This document shows positions 11,432 through 20,703 of a stretch of 64,000 nt of DNA, piece after piece (within the stretch, counting starts at the first letter, position 1; every line of letters starts with the position of its first letter). The position numbers were made by a program, and so were the translations under genes. Source of the stretch: an uncultured Clostridium sp. (lineage in GTDB: Bacteria; Bacillota_I; Bacilli_A; RF39; UBA660); NCBI GenBank assembly GCA_905193755.1, contig CAJJPX010000001.1:142550-206549 (forward strand). The letters are read 5' to 3'. Below the pieces are notes generated by a model that had not been told where the DNA came from, did not search any database, and saw only the letters and a list, made by a program, of their open reading frames with translations.

Positions 11432-12019
11432 TTATTTTACTTTAAATATAAAGTATCCTTTATCTTTGTTTATTATTTCTACTTTTCTTTGCTCTTCAAG
11501 AATCTTCTTTATTGATAAAGCACCTTGATCCTTACGCATAACGAAATATAATGTTCCGTCTACATCTAAATGATCAAAAGCACCTTCTAATATTTCTAAT
11601 AATTTATTTTTACCTACTCTAATTGGTGGATTAGTAATGATTACATTGTATTTATTTTTAATATTTTGATATGCATCACTTATAAATGCACTTCCATCAA
11701 ACTTAGGATAACGTTTAATATTTCTATTTGCTAAATGTAAAGCTCTTTTATTAACATCAATCATATCTACATATGAATCTGTAAGAACACTTATTACTAT
11801 TCCTATAAATCCATAACCACAGCCAACATCTAACACATTTGCGTTAGTTATATTTTCTTTTAGATATGTTTCTAATAATAATTTGCTCCCATAATCGACA
11901 TTCTTTTTACTAAACACACCATTATCGCTATAAAACGTGAAAAAAGAAGAATCATATTTATAACTTAATTCTCTAATTTCACTCTTTAAGTTCATATCAT
12001 TTTCAAAATAATGACTCAT
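11432..12019 (-). CDS. class I SAM-dependent methyltransferase, RsmC/YbxB-like
   Basis: VLDVGCGYGFIG (motif I) and IITNPPIRVGK (NPPxH-like). It occupies the same rplL-to-rpoB slot as B. subtilis ybxB. Confidence 0.8.
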   Translation of the reverse strand: MSHYFENDMNLKSEIRELSYKYDSSFFTFYSDNGVFSKKNVDYGSKLLLETYLKENITNANVLDVGCGYGFIGIVISVLTDSYVDMIDVNKRALHLANRNIKRYPKFDGSAFISDAYQNIKNKYNVIITNPPIRVGKNKLLEILEGAFDHLDVDGTLYFVMRKDQGALSIKKILEEQRKVEIINKDKGYFIFKVK

Positions 12020-12041
12020 ATAATTCTCCTTCTCTTATATA

Positions 12042-12066
12042 CGCAAAAAAGCCTTTATACAAGGCT
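12042..12066 (-). terminator. stem-loop terminator/attenuator after rplL
   Basis: Minus-strand AGCCUU-GUAUA-AAGGCU followed by UUUUUGCG. Confidence 0.6.
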
Positions 12067-12076
12067 CATAGTTAAA

Positions 12077-12448
12077 TTAAGCTAATTCTACAGTAGCGCC
12101 AGCTTCTTCTAATTTAGCTTTTAATTCTTCAGCTTCACTAGCAGGAATTCCTTCTTTAACATTTCCACCAGCATCAGCGATATCTTTAGCTTCTTTAAGA
12201 CCTAATCCAGTAACTTCTCTAATTACTTTAATAACTTGTAATTTTTGAGCACCAGCAGCTTTTAATACTACAGTCTTAACTCCACTTCCTGCATTGTCCT
12301 CTTGAGCCTCAGCTGGAGCAGCAGCAACAGCAACAGCACTAGGATCAACACCAAATTCTTCTTTCATCATATCAACTAATTCTTTAACTTCAAGAATAGT
12401 TTTTTCTTTTAAAGCTTCAATAATATCTTTGTTTTCAATCTTTGCCAT
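12077..12448 (-). CDS. rplL: 50S ribosomal protein L7/L12
   Basis: 123 aa with the Ala-rich hinge [11 protein letters not shown] and a C-terminal [19 protein letters not shown]. Confidence 0.97.
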   Translation of the reverse strand: MAKIENKDIIEALKEKTILEVKELVDMMKEEFGVDPSAVAVAAAPAEAQEDNAGSGVKTVVLKAAGAQKLQVIKVIREVTGLGLKEAKDIADAGGNVKEGIPASEAEELKAKLEEAGATVELA

Positions 12449-12449
12449 A

Positions 12450-12953
12450 TTAATTATTTCCTCCTTCTTCTAACTTTTCAGCATATAGATTTAATCCAAT
12501 ACTTAAATTTCTTACATGTTCCATTAAGCCACCAGCAAACATTGTAAGTAATCCTTCCATACTTGGAATAGTTGCATATTCAGCAATAACTTTGCTATCA
12601 GCAATTTCTGAATCAATATATCCTACTCTAACTTCTAGAGCTGGATGTTCTTTAGCAAACTTACTAACAACCTTGATTGGTTCAATAATAGAATCAGCAA
12701 AAAGATAAGCATTAGGTCCTTCCATGTAATCATTTAATTTAATATTCTTTTTAGTTAACGCTAAATTCATAAGAGTATTTTTATAAATTTTTACATCAGA
12801 ATTAACTTCTTTCAAACTTCTTCTTAACTCTGCAAATTCACTAACTGTTAAACCTTGATAATTTAATAACAAGAATGTTTTAGAATTATCTAATTTTTCA
12901 GTTATTTCTTTTACAACAGCTTCTTTTTGTTTAAGAATCTCTTTACTTGCCAT
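12450..12953 (-). CDS. rplJ: 50S ribosomal protein L10
   Basis: The ORF track starts 5 codons earlier. I moved the start to ATG 12953 (MASKEIL...) because AAGGAG sits 7 nt upstream of it, inside the track's first codons. Confidence 0.93.
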   Translation of the reverse strand: MASKEILKQKEAVVKEITEKLDNSKTFLLLNYQGLTVSEFAELRRSLKEVNSDVKIYKNTLMNLALTKKNIKLNDYMEGPNAYLFADSIIEPIKVVSKFAKEHPALEVRVGYIDSEIADSKVIAEYATIPSMEGLLTMFAGGLMEHVRNLSIGLNLYAEKLEEGGNN

Positions 12954-13082
12954 ATAGTCTCCTTTCATAAATTAAAAAGTTTCCTCATGACAAGGAAACT
13001 TGTAATAATCGTCATTATTAATGTTTCCTCGGTAAGATTTACGCATCAAGCACTTACTGTCTTTGGTCACTTCACGAATTAG
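12954..13082 (-). promoter_or_regulatory. rplJ leader with alternative terminator/antiterminator hairpins (L10-leader-like attenuator)
   Basis: In the transcript, AGGAAAC occurs twice (reverse complement of 13023-13029 and of 12979-12985), flanking GUUUCCU (reverse complement of 12993-12999). The 3' pairing forms a hairpin followed by UUUUUAAUUU just before the SD. The 5' pairing would exclude it. Confidence 0.55.
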
Positions 13083-13111
13083 ATTATACAATATTATTTT
13101 CTTAATGTAAA
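13083..13111 (-). promoter_or_regulatory. probable sigma-A promoter of rplJL
   Basis: On the minus strand: TTTACA (13111-13106), a 17-nt spacer, then TATAAT (13088-13083). It lies directly after the cdaR terminator. Confidence 0.5.
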
Positions 13112-13120
13112 GTATTTTTT

Positions 13121-13156
13121 TAAAAAAAGCAAAAGAAAGTAAATTACTTTACTTTC
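13121..13156 (-). terminator. rho-independent terminator of cdaA-cdaR
   Basis: GAAAGUAA-6 nt-UUACUUUC followed by UUUUGCUUUUUUU. The stop codon lies within the stem. Confidence 0.55.
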
Positions 13157-14522
13157 TAGCTATTATTACTTCTATCTTAGTAGTTCTAGATGAATAAGAT
13201 AGTTTTAAGTCACTACCAGTTACCATTACTGGAACTTCATAAGTACCTGGTTCTAAATCTGATAAGTCAACGTATGCCTTAATATCTTTAGAATCTAATT
13301 TATCAAGTACTGATTTAACACCTTTAACTACTACATTTACTTTAGTATCACTAGCGTTCTTAGCAAGTGGTTTATATTTAGTTGTATCTAAGTGTTCAAA
13401 TACTATTGGAATATCTTTAAATTCTTTAGATGTCTCACCTTCCATCTTAACTTTAATAGTTACCGCTGTATCAGACATTGATCTAACTCCAGTAGGCTTA
13501 ACTATAGTTTCTTGGAAAGTCTTATCTTTACTTAATCCATTTACATCTATTTCAACTTCAATTTCACTTATTTCTTTAAGTACATCTTCTTCACCATATA
13601 ATGTAATATTATTAACATTTGATGTTATTGAACTAATAGCACTACCACTAGCAACATCTCCGACTGGAACAATTTTAACTGGAACAGTCTTACTTGGACT
13701 AGATATCTCAACAGTAGCAGTAATAGTACCAGGAACTATTTCTATATCTTTAATTTCAGTACCTTTTTCATCATAAGCTATCAACTTAACATTTTCTAAA
13801 GTATAAGTTCCAGCACTACTAGCATTTAATGCATTAACATCAACTAAAGCTTTAACACTAGCAACCTTCTCTAATTTCTCTTTATATGATTTAATAATTA
13901 CTTCATCTCTATCAAGCTTAATAGAACTAATTACTAAAGTACTACCAAGTTTATCTTTATTTAATACATCAGTTGTAACTGTACGAGAAGCACTAACTTT
14001 AGGATATATAACAATTGTTGCTCTTGAAGGGTCTATTTTATAATCTAATTTTTTAATTGGATTGTTATATTTAATATTAACTTTATGAGTACCAGCAGAT
14101 AATCCGGTTAAATCTAAACTTAATTTATGATCTCCTAACTGTTCTGCTAAATATAAATCACTCTTTCTACCCATAAGCACTATATCAGCAGTTTCAGGAA
14201 TACCTTCAACTACATAAGCTTCTTCATTGTATTCAGCAACTACTGGTTGATTAGATAAAACTATTGCTTCAGTTTCAACTAAATTTATTACTTTTCTATC
14301 TACTGCAAAGAACATTGCAAATGCACATATAAGTGACACATATATTAACGTATTAGGTTTATTTAAAAATTTCTCCAAGTTTCCATTTCTATTACTAAGT
14401 TTATCGCTTATATAGTAAACTGCCTTAGATAAAGGAGTTACAAGTAATACATCTATAATTCTATATAATACTTTAAATATTCTAGTGAAGAATTTTCCTA
14501 TTTTCTTAAATATTTTTTTCAT
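13149..14522 (-). CDS. cdaR: YbbR-domain protein (CdaR-like regulator of CdaA)
   Basis: N-terminal TM segment followed by repeated ~90-aa beta-rich YbbR-like modules, directly downstream of cdaA. Start moved to ATG 14522 (MKKIFKK...) behind GAAGGTGA. Confidence 0.8.
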   Translation of the reverse strand: MKKIFKKIGKFFTRIFKVLYRIIDVLLVTPLSKAVYYISDKLSNRNGNLEKFLNKPNTLIYVSLICAFAMFFAVDRKVINLVETEAIVLSNQPVVAEYNEEAYVVEGIPETADIVLMGRKSDLYLAEQLGDHKLSLDLTGLSAGTHKVNIKYNNPIKKLDYKIDPSRATIVIYPKVSASRTVTTDVLNKDKLGSTLVISSIKLDRDEVIIKSYKEKLEKVASVKALVDVNALNASSAGTYTLENVKLIAYDEKGTEIKDIEIVPGTITATVEISSPSKTVPVKIVPVGDVASGSAISSITSNVNNITLYGEEDVLKEISEIEVEIDVNGLSKDKTFQETIVKPTGVRSMSDTAVTIKVKMEGETSKEFKDIPIVFEHLDTTKYKPLAKNASDTKVNVVVKGVKSVLDKLDSKDIKAYVDLSDLEPGTYEVPVMVTGSDLKLSYSSRTTKIEVIIARK

Positions 14523-15336
14523 TATCTTCACCTTCACTTTCTGTTGTATCAGCTTCATAGAATGTCTCTTTCTTAGGTTGTAATTCTTCTAATAATAACA
14601 TTCTAGCGTCATCTAAAGATAAATTATAATTTAAGTCACTTGATATAGCAATTGATATTCTACCAGTTTCTTCACTAACTATTACTGAAATACAATCTGA
14701 TATTTCACTAATTCCAAGAGCAGCTCTATGACGAGTACCAAGTCTCTTTGATATATTAGGATTTGAACTAGTTGGGAACACACTACCAGCACAAGTTATC
14801 TTATCACCTTGAATTATAACGCCACCATCATGAAGTGGATTATTTTTCCAGAATATTGATATTAATAACTCACTTGTTATATCAGCATACAACTTAGTAG
14901 CCGGTTCTATATATTGAGCTAAACTATAGTCTCTTTCTATTACTATTAAAGCACCAATCTTATTCTTCTTTAAATAATCAAGTGCATTTATAATCTCATA
15001 TACAACCTTTTCTCTCTCATCAACAGTTAAAGTCTTATGTCTACCAAGCAATTGACTTCTACCAATACTTTCAAGAGCATTTCTAATCTCAGGTTGAAAT
15101 ATAATTATCAAAGCAAGAGGTCCCCAAGATATAACATATTCTAATATTATACCTACTGTATTTAAATCTAAAAAGTCACTCAATAACTTCAATAATACTA
15201 TTATTAGAACACCTTTAAATATTAATGTTAATTTAAAATTATTTCTAGAATATTTAAGCAACTCATAAAACATAAACCATACTATGGCAATATCCAATAT
15301 TTTAGCAGCTAATTTTAATATTGTTGTATATATCAT
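14506..15336 (-). CDS. cdaA: diadenylate cyclase CdaA
   Basis: Three N-terminal TM segments, then DAC motifs HDGGVII and LGTRHRAALGISE..DCISVIVSEETG. Confidence 0.92.
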   Translation of the reverse strand: MIYTTILKLAAKILDIAIVWFMFYELLKYSRNNFKLTLIFKGVLIIVLLKLLSDFLDLNTVGIILEYVISWGPLALIIIFQPEIRNALESIGRSQLLGRHKTLTVDEREKVVYEIINALDYLKKNKIGALIVIERDYSLAQYIEPATKLYADITSELLISIFWKNNPLHDGGVIIQGDKITCAGSVFPTSSNPNISKRLGTRHRAALGISEISDCISVIVSEETGRISIAISSDLNYNLSLDDARMLLLEELQPKKETFYEADTTESEGEDNEKNI

Positions 15337-15452
15337 TTTTATATACCTCCATCTATTAAAATATTATACACTAATTATTAATCTATTTCCATATATTTAA
15401 AATATGTTTACAAAATAAAAACATTTATTATTCTTTATGATAAAATATAACT

Positions 15453-15977
15453 ATGAATAAAAACGAATTAAGAAAAAAATACAAATTAATAAGAAAAAAT
15501 ATATCAAATAAAAAAGAACAGGATAACCTTATCTATAATAAGATAATAAAAAATAAACATATATTAAATTGTTCTACTCTTTTGCTATATGTATCTTTTA
15601 ATTCTGAAGTTGACACTCTAAAAATAATAGAATATTTCTTAAATAATAAAAGAATAGCTGTTCCAAAAATAGAAAACAATATAATAAACTTCTACTACAT
15701 AAATTCTTTAAATGATTTAAAAGTTGGTTTATTTGGTATATTAGAACCAACTACACAAGAAAAAGTAAATAATTATGAAAATACTACTTGCATAGTACCA
15801 GGAATATGTTTTGACAAAAATAATTATAGAATTGGATATGGAAAAGGTTTTTATGATAAATTTTTATCAAATAAAAATATTTATACTATAGGTATTTGTT
15901 ACAAAGAAACTTTGATAAATAAAATACCAATAGATAAATATGATATTTCTCTTAATGAAATAATAAGTACAAAATAA
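15453..15977 (+). CDS. 5-formyltetrahydrofolate cyclo-ligase
   Basis: N-terminal K.ELRKKY..R, then VPGICFD..NYRIGYGKGFYDKFL. Confidence 0.85.
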   Translation: MNKNELRKKYKLIRKNISNKKEQDNLIYNKIIKNKHILNCSTLLLYVSFNSEVDTLKIIEYFLNNKRIAVPKIENNIINFYYINSLNDLKVGLFGILEPTTQEKVNNYENTTCIVPGICFDKNNYRIGYGKGFYDKFLSNKNIYTIGICYKETLINKIPIDKYDISLNEIISTK

Positions 15978-15980
15978 ATA

Positions 15981-16009
15981 TAAAAAAAAGCAACATATCA
16001 ATAGTTGCT
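15981..16009. terminator. bidirectional terminator (strong for spoVS)
   Basis: AGCAAC-9 nt-GUUGCU. On the minus strand it is followed by U8, and it overlaps the spoVS TGA. Confidence 0.55.
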
Positions 16010-16281
16010 CATTTATTTTGTACTAATAGTTTAATTGCTGTTTTCTCTTTACCATCTATTATTACATCATAGAAAGCAGGAGTACATATTAAATTCATAC
16101 CAAGTGGTGCAACAAAACCTCTAGCAATAGAAATTGCCTTAATAGCTTGATTCACTGCTCCTGCTCCTACAGTTTGTATTTCTACATCTGTACAACCTTC
16201 TCTAAATGAATTCGCAATACTTCCCGCAACTTTTTGAGAAATACTTTTACTTGAAACTTTTATTATATCCATTTCTTTCAC
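16009..16281 (-). CDS. spoVS: stage V sporulation protein S
   Basis: 90 aa: IKVSSKS...VAGSIA......V.IQTVGAGAVNQAIKAISIARGF. Confidence 0.9.
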   Translation of the reverse strand: MKEMDIIKVSSKSISQKVAGSIANSFREGCTDVEIQTVGAGAVNQAIKAISIARGFVAPLGMNLICTPAFYDVIIDGKEKTAIKLLVQNK

Positions 16282-16324
16282 CTCAATAATTTATATGTTT
16301 TAAAACAAAAAAAATACTAAAGAT

Positions 16325-16999
16325 TTATTCTTTAATATTCTTTTTAATTTTTTTTCTTTTAATTTCCTTTAAAACAATTTTCTTTTTCTTATTATCTTTC
16401 TTATCTTCAATACCACATATACAACATAATTTTTTATCTAATTTAGGATTCTTGATTAAAACCATAAATAAAATTTCTAATAGATTAATTAACCCAAACG
16501 AAATAAAATAATAACCTAATATAAGACTAGCAGCAGCATATCTAGTAATTAATGGATCTAATGCTAAAATACCAATTAATACTATTAATATTGTACTAAT
16601 CATTTTAGGATAAAAATTAATATCTTTTCTTTTTGCTAGTTTAGACACATGATAAAGTTTATTTAATACAATAGATATTGAATATATAATTATAGAACAG
16701 CTCATTATAAGTGAATCGTTACCATAAAATTGATTAGTTAATACATAAGTAGCAACCATAACATTTATTAAAGCAAAAAATAAATATTCATAATCATCAA
16801 CTCTTCTATTTAAGAAATATGCAACAATTGAAAAGAATCCAAACATAAAAAATAATACTGGAGCATACTCAATAGGATTTAACATATTAACTTCTGGAAA
16901 ATCAATTAAAATATATCCAATTGCAGCATAAATTGTATACAACATTATATCAATACCTAAAAAAACTTTTTCAGATTCTTTAATAATTATCTTTTTCAT
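16325..16999 (-). CDS. hypothetical polytopic membrane protein with a Lys-rich C-terminal tail
   Basis: ORF track entry with about 6 hydrophobic segments. Family not recognised. Confidence 0.5.
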   Translation of the reverse strand: MKKIIIKESEKVFLGIDIMLYTIYAAIGYILIDFPEVNMLNPIEYAPVLFFMFGFFSIVAYFLNRRVDDYEYLFFALINVMVATYVLTNQFYGNDSLIMSCSIIIYSISIVLNKLYHVSKLAKRKDINFYPKMISTILIVLIGILALDPLITRYAAASLILGYYFISFGLINLLEILFMVLIKNPKLDKKLCCICGIEDKKDNKKKKIVLKEIKRKKIKKNIKE

Positions 17000-17078
17000 A
17001 ATACACCTACTTATTCTAAAATAATTCTATATCATTTAAAGACACATGTCAATCCAGAAAAAAAGAATAGACTTTTTT

Positions 17079-18251
17079 CTATTCTTCATCTCTTTCTTCT
17101 TTATCTCTATATCCAAAGAAATTATATTTTTCATCAAAGAATACATATATAATTTTAAGAAGAGCAACTACTGGAGTAGCAATTACCATTCCAAAAATAC
17201 CAAACATATACTCAAATATCATCAATGATAAAATAATTGTTATTGGACTTAAATTAAGTTTTTTACTCATTACTAATGGTTGAAGTACATTACCATCTAT
17301 AGTTTGGACTATTGCTATAAATACAAGAGTTAAAATACCTATTAATGGACTTTGTGTAAATCCAATAGCACCAGCAACAGCAGCTCCCATATAAGGACCA
17401 ATATATGGTATCAAATTAGTAATAACACATACAATTGCTACAAGCACTGGAGCATTTAAACCTATTATAGAGAATCCTATTAATGAAGTTACAAATAATA
17501 ATAATGATAACCATAAAGTACCACTCACAAATGAGAATAATGAATCATCTAATTGTTCCATTAAATATTTAACTTCTTTTCTAGATTTCTTAGGAAATAA
17601 ATTTATAAATCCTTCACTTACTTTATTAAAGTCAAATAATATATAGAAACCTAAGATTAAACTTAATGCTATTTTACCAATACTACTTGCTAGAGAAGAT
17701 ACAACATTCATAGCAATCTCTGGTATATTAGTTTGAACATCACGAGCAAACATTTCTATTTTAGCTAAGAAAGATGCTTTAATACCATCTAAATTTTCAA
17801 GACTTAAATTTGATAATTTGATAAATACGTTATCAATCCATCCTTTAACATCTTCAACCATCGCAGGTACAGCAGACACCATCTCAGATATTTGAGTTCC
17901 AAGTGATGGAATAGTAAACGCAAATAAAGCATATAAAACAGTTATTAATAATAAGTATGCTATTACTACACTAAGACCTCTTTTAATACCCTTCTTAGTT
18001 AACTTTTCTACTAATGGATTTAAAAGCCAAGCAATAAACCATCCAATAAATAATGGAGATATTATTGATAATATTTTTCCAAAGAATGTAAGAATATGCC
18101 ACTCTTTAAAAATAAGACCAAGTACATATACTAACAATATAACAAAAAGTATATACATAATTTTAAGTATTTTATTACCAGTTCCAACTAATTCATTAAT
18201 TTTTTTAGAATTAACTTTTTTATCTTCACTTTTCTTTAATTTATCAATCAT
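17079..18251 (-). CDS. AI-2E family transporter (PerM/YtvI-like, UPF0118)
   Basis: 390 aa, polytopic, with the characteristic NLIPYIGPYMGAAVAG and ..QPLVMSKKLNLSP segments. Confidence 0.85.
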   Translation of the reverse strand: MIDKLKKSEDKKVNSKKINELVGTGNKILKIMYILFVILLVYVLGLIFKEWHILTFFGKILSIISPLFIGWFIAWLLNPLVEKLTKKGIKRGLSVVIAYLLLITVLYALFAFTIPSLGTQISEMVSAVPAMVEDVKGWIDNVFIKLSNLSLENLDGIKASFLAKIEMFARDVQTNIPEIAMNVVSSLASSIGKIALSLILGFYILFDFNKVSEGFINLFPKKSRKEVKYLMEQLDDSLFSFVSGTLWLSLLLFVTSLIGFSIIGLNAPVLVAIVCVITNLIPYIGPYMGAAVAGAIGFTQSPLIGILTLVFIAIVQTIDGNVLQPLVMSKKLNLSPITIILSLMIFEYMFGIFGMVIATPVVALLKIIYVFFDEKYNFFGYRDKEERDEE

Positions 18252-18490
18252 TCTTTTCCACTCCTATCATCATAATAATATCACACTTTTTATTAAAAAA
18301 ATAGTTCAATTTTAGAACTATTTTCCTTCTGATAATGTTTTTGACATCTTTTGCATATAATTCATGATATCTTTCTCATATTTTTTATAAACTAGACATG
18401 CACCAATACCTGAAGCAAAAGAAATCATATTTCCTAAAGTCTTAATAATATCACGCTCCTTTGATATTATTATTTATTATTTCTAAAATT

Positions 18491-20647
18491 TTATACGTAT
18501 TTTAAATAAGTATTTCTATTAGCTCCATAATTAGTACTTACACTTTTATTTAGTGAATCTATACTACCAAGTATTATTAGTGAACTCTTAGCACGTGTAA
18601 CTGCTGTATATATTAGTTTATTATAAAACATTCTATTGAAACTACGAGCAAGTATTATTACAACATTAGCATATTCACTTCCTTGACTTTTATGAATACT
18701 AACCGCATAAGCAAGATTAAATTTATCAAATTCTCCACTCTTATATTCTACTATATTTCCTGAATAATCTATTTCAACTACCATCTTTTTATCAAGATAA
18801 TATATGTCTCTAATATATCCAATATCTCCATTGTATACATTATTATCAACATCATTTACTAACTGTATTACTTTATCATTAATTCTATAGTATTTATCCC
18901 CGATAATAAATTTTTCAGCATCAGGATTAAATATACTAGCCATCATACTATTTAAGCTATCTATTCCATTAAGTCCTTTATACATAGGCGCAAGCACTTG
19001 AAAGTTTTCACTATGAATACCCTTTTCTACAGCTTTATTAACTATTTCACTAAGATATTTCTTAATGTCATCATCACTACTTTCAATAAATTTAAAATCA
19101 CTATAGTTAGTTGGAAACTTATCAAAATGTTTTCTATTCTTTATATCATTTGCTAAATATGTTATATAACTTCCTTCCTTAACTCTATAAATAGTATTTA
19201 AATACTTATTTTTAATAGTGCTTATATGTAATAAATCATTAAGTAAATCTCCTGGACCTATAGATGGTAATTGATTTGCATCTCCTACTAATATCAATTT
19301 AACATTAAGCTTAAGCCCCTTTAATAAACTTGAAAACAAGAATATATCTATCATAGAACTCTCATCTACTATTACAACCTTCTCACTAGATTTATTATAT
19401 TCATCTATTAAGAATGATTCATTCTCTTTATTCCATTTTAAATATTTATGTATTGTATAAGCAGGAGCACCTACACTCTCAGCCATTCTTTTACTAGCTC
19501 TACCAGTAGGTGCTAATAAAGCAATATCTTCATGACTTAAATCAAGTATATCTTTTAAAATCATAACAATAGCTTTAATAATAGTAGTCTTACCAGTACC
19601 AGGACCACCAGTTATAATAAAAAAATTATTTTCTATTGCTCCCTTTATTGCATCTTTTTGATCATTATTAAATGTTATATTATTTATTTTTTCATATTCA
19701 CTTATATATGTATCAATCTTATCAGTCTTAATATTAGTCTTTATATCATTAATTCTATTTATATCCATAAGTATAGATTTCTCAGTATTATAAAAGTCAC
19801 TAAGAGTTACATACTCATTAAATAAAACTATTTTAGCTTTCATTGCAAGACTATCTATATATTTAAGATATTCTTCTGCACTAAACACACCTCTAAAACA
19901 TCTCTTCATCTTAATAAATAACTCATCTTTAAGTATTAATGTATCTCCACTTTCATAACAACTAGTATATATATTATGAAGTATTAATGCTTCTATTCTT
20001 CTTTTATCCATCTCATCATTATCTTTTAAGAACATTAAATCAAGTTTATCAAAATTTATATATTTTACTAAATCATATATATTTTCTTCTATAACATTAC
20101 TTAATTTATTTCCATATACAGTTATTAAATCTATTGCTTCACGTACACTAAAACCAAGACCATTTAATTTAAGTATCAAATCTTGATTATATTCATTCTC
20201 TATTATTTTATCATGCATTCTCTTAGCTTTAGTAATTGTCATACCACTAACAGTAGCTATATCCTGATAATTTTCTTTTATTGTTTTAATTGTGTCACTA
20301 CCAAATCTTTCAACAATACGTTTAGCAGTCTTCGCACCTATTCCCTTAAACATACCACTACTAAGATATAAAACTAAACTATCTAAATCACTTGGTGCTT
20401 TAATTTCATAATTTAATACTTCAAATTGACTCCCATATTTGGGATGTTCTACAAGTCTTCCATATAATATATAATCTACATCCATATTAACTTCAGCAAA
20501 ACTACCAGTAAAACCAATAACCTTATTTACATATTCTTCCATATCTTCATCATTAGTTTCACGTACCTTAAAAATACCAACTTTATATGGTCCATTATTA
20601 CTCTCATAAATAATTTTTCTAATATTTCCAAGTATGTATTTCTTCAT
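18491..20647 (-). CDS. recD2: ATP-dependent RecD2-type (SF1B) DNA helicase
   Basis: 718 aa. N-terminal OB-like domain and HhH region, Walker A ITGGPGTGKTT, DESSM, GDANQLPS, and C-terminal YAVSIHKSQGSE. Confidence 0.92.
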   Translation of the reverse strand: MKKYILGNIRKIIYESNNGPYKVGIFKVRETNDEDMEEYVNKVIGFTGSFAEVNMDVDYILYGRLVEHPKYGSQFEVLNYEIKAPSDLDSLVLYLSSGMFKGIGAKTAKRIVERFGSDTIKTIKENYQDIATVSGMTITKAKRMHDKIIENEYNQDLILKLNGLGFSVREAIDLITVYGNKLSNVIEENIYDLVKYINFDKLDLMFLKDNDEMDKRRIEALILHNIYTSCYESGDTLILKDELFIKMKRCFRGVFSAEEYLKYIDSLAMKAKIVLFNEYVTLSDFYNTEKSILMDINRINDIKTNIKTDKIDTYISEYEKINNITFNNDQKDAIKGAIENNFFIITGGPGTGKTTIIKAIVMILKDILDLSHEDIALLAPTGRASKRMAESVGAPAYTIHKYLKWNKENESFLIDEYNKSSEKVVIVDESSMIDIFLFSSLLKGLKLNVKLILVGDANQLPSIGPGDLLNDLLHISTIKNKYLNTIYRVKEGSYITYLANDIKNRKHFDKFPTNYSDFKFIESSDDDIKKYLSEIVNKAVEKGIHSENFQVLAPMYKGLNGIDSLNSMMASIFNPDAEKFIIGDKYYRINDKVIQLVNDVDNNVYNGDIGYIRDIYYLDKKMVVEIDYSGNIVEYKSGEFDKFNLAYAVSIHKSQGSEYANVVIILARSFNRMFYNKLIYTAVTRAKSSLIILGSIDSLNKSVSTNYGANRNTYLKYV

Positions 20648-20703
20648 ACAAACTATATTAACACATTTATCATTATTTGGATATAATAAAAGAAAAAATA
20701 TTT

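Noticed and set aside
11239-11445. 68-aa plus-strand ORF spanning the rpoB start and its upstream region.
   Set aside because: It runs antisense through the rpoB 5' end and promoter region, and shows no translation signals.
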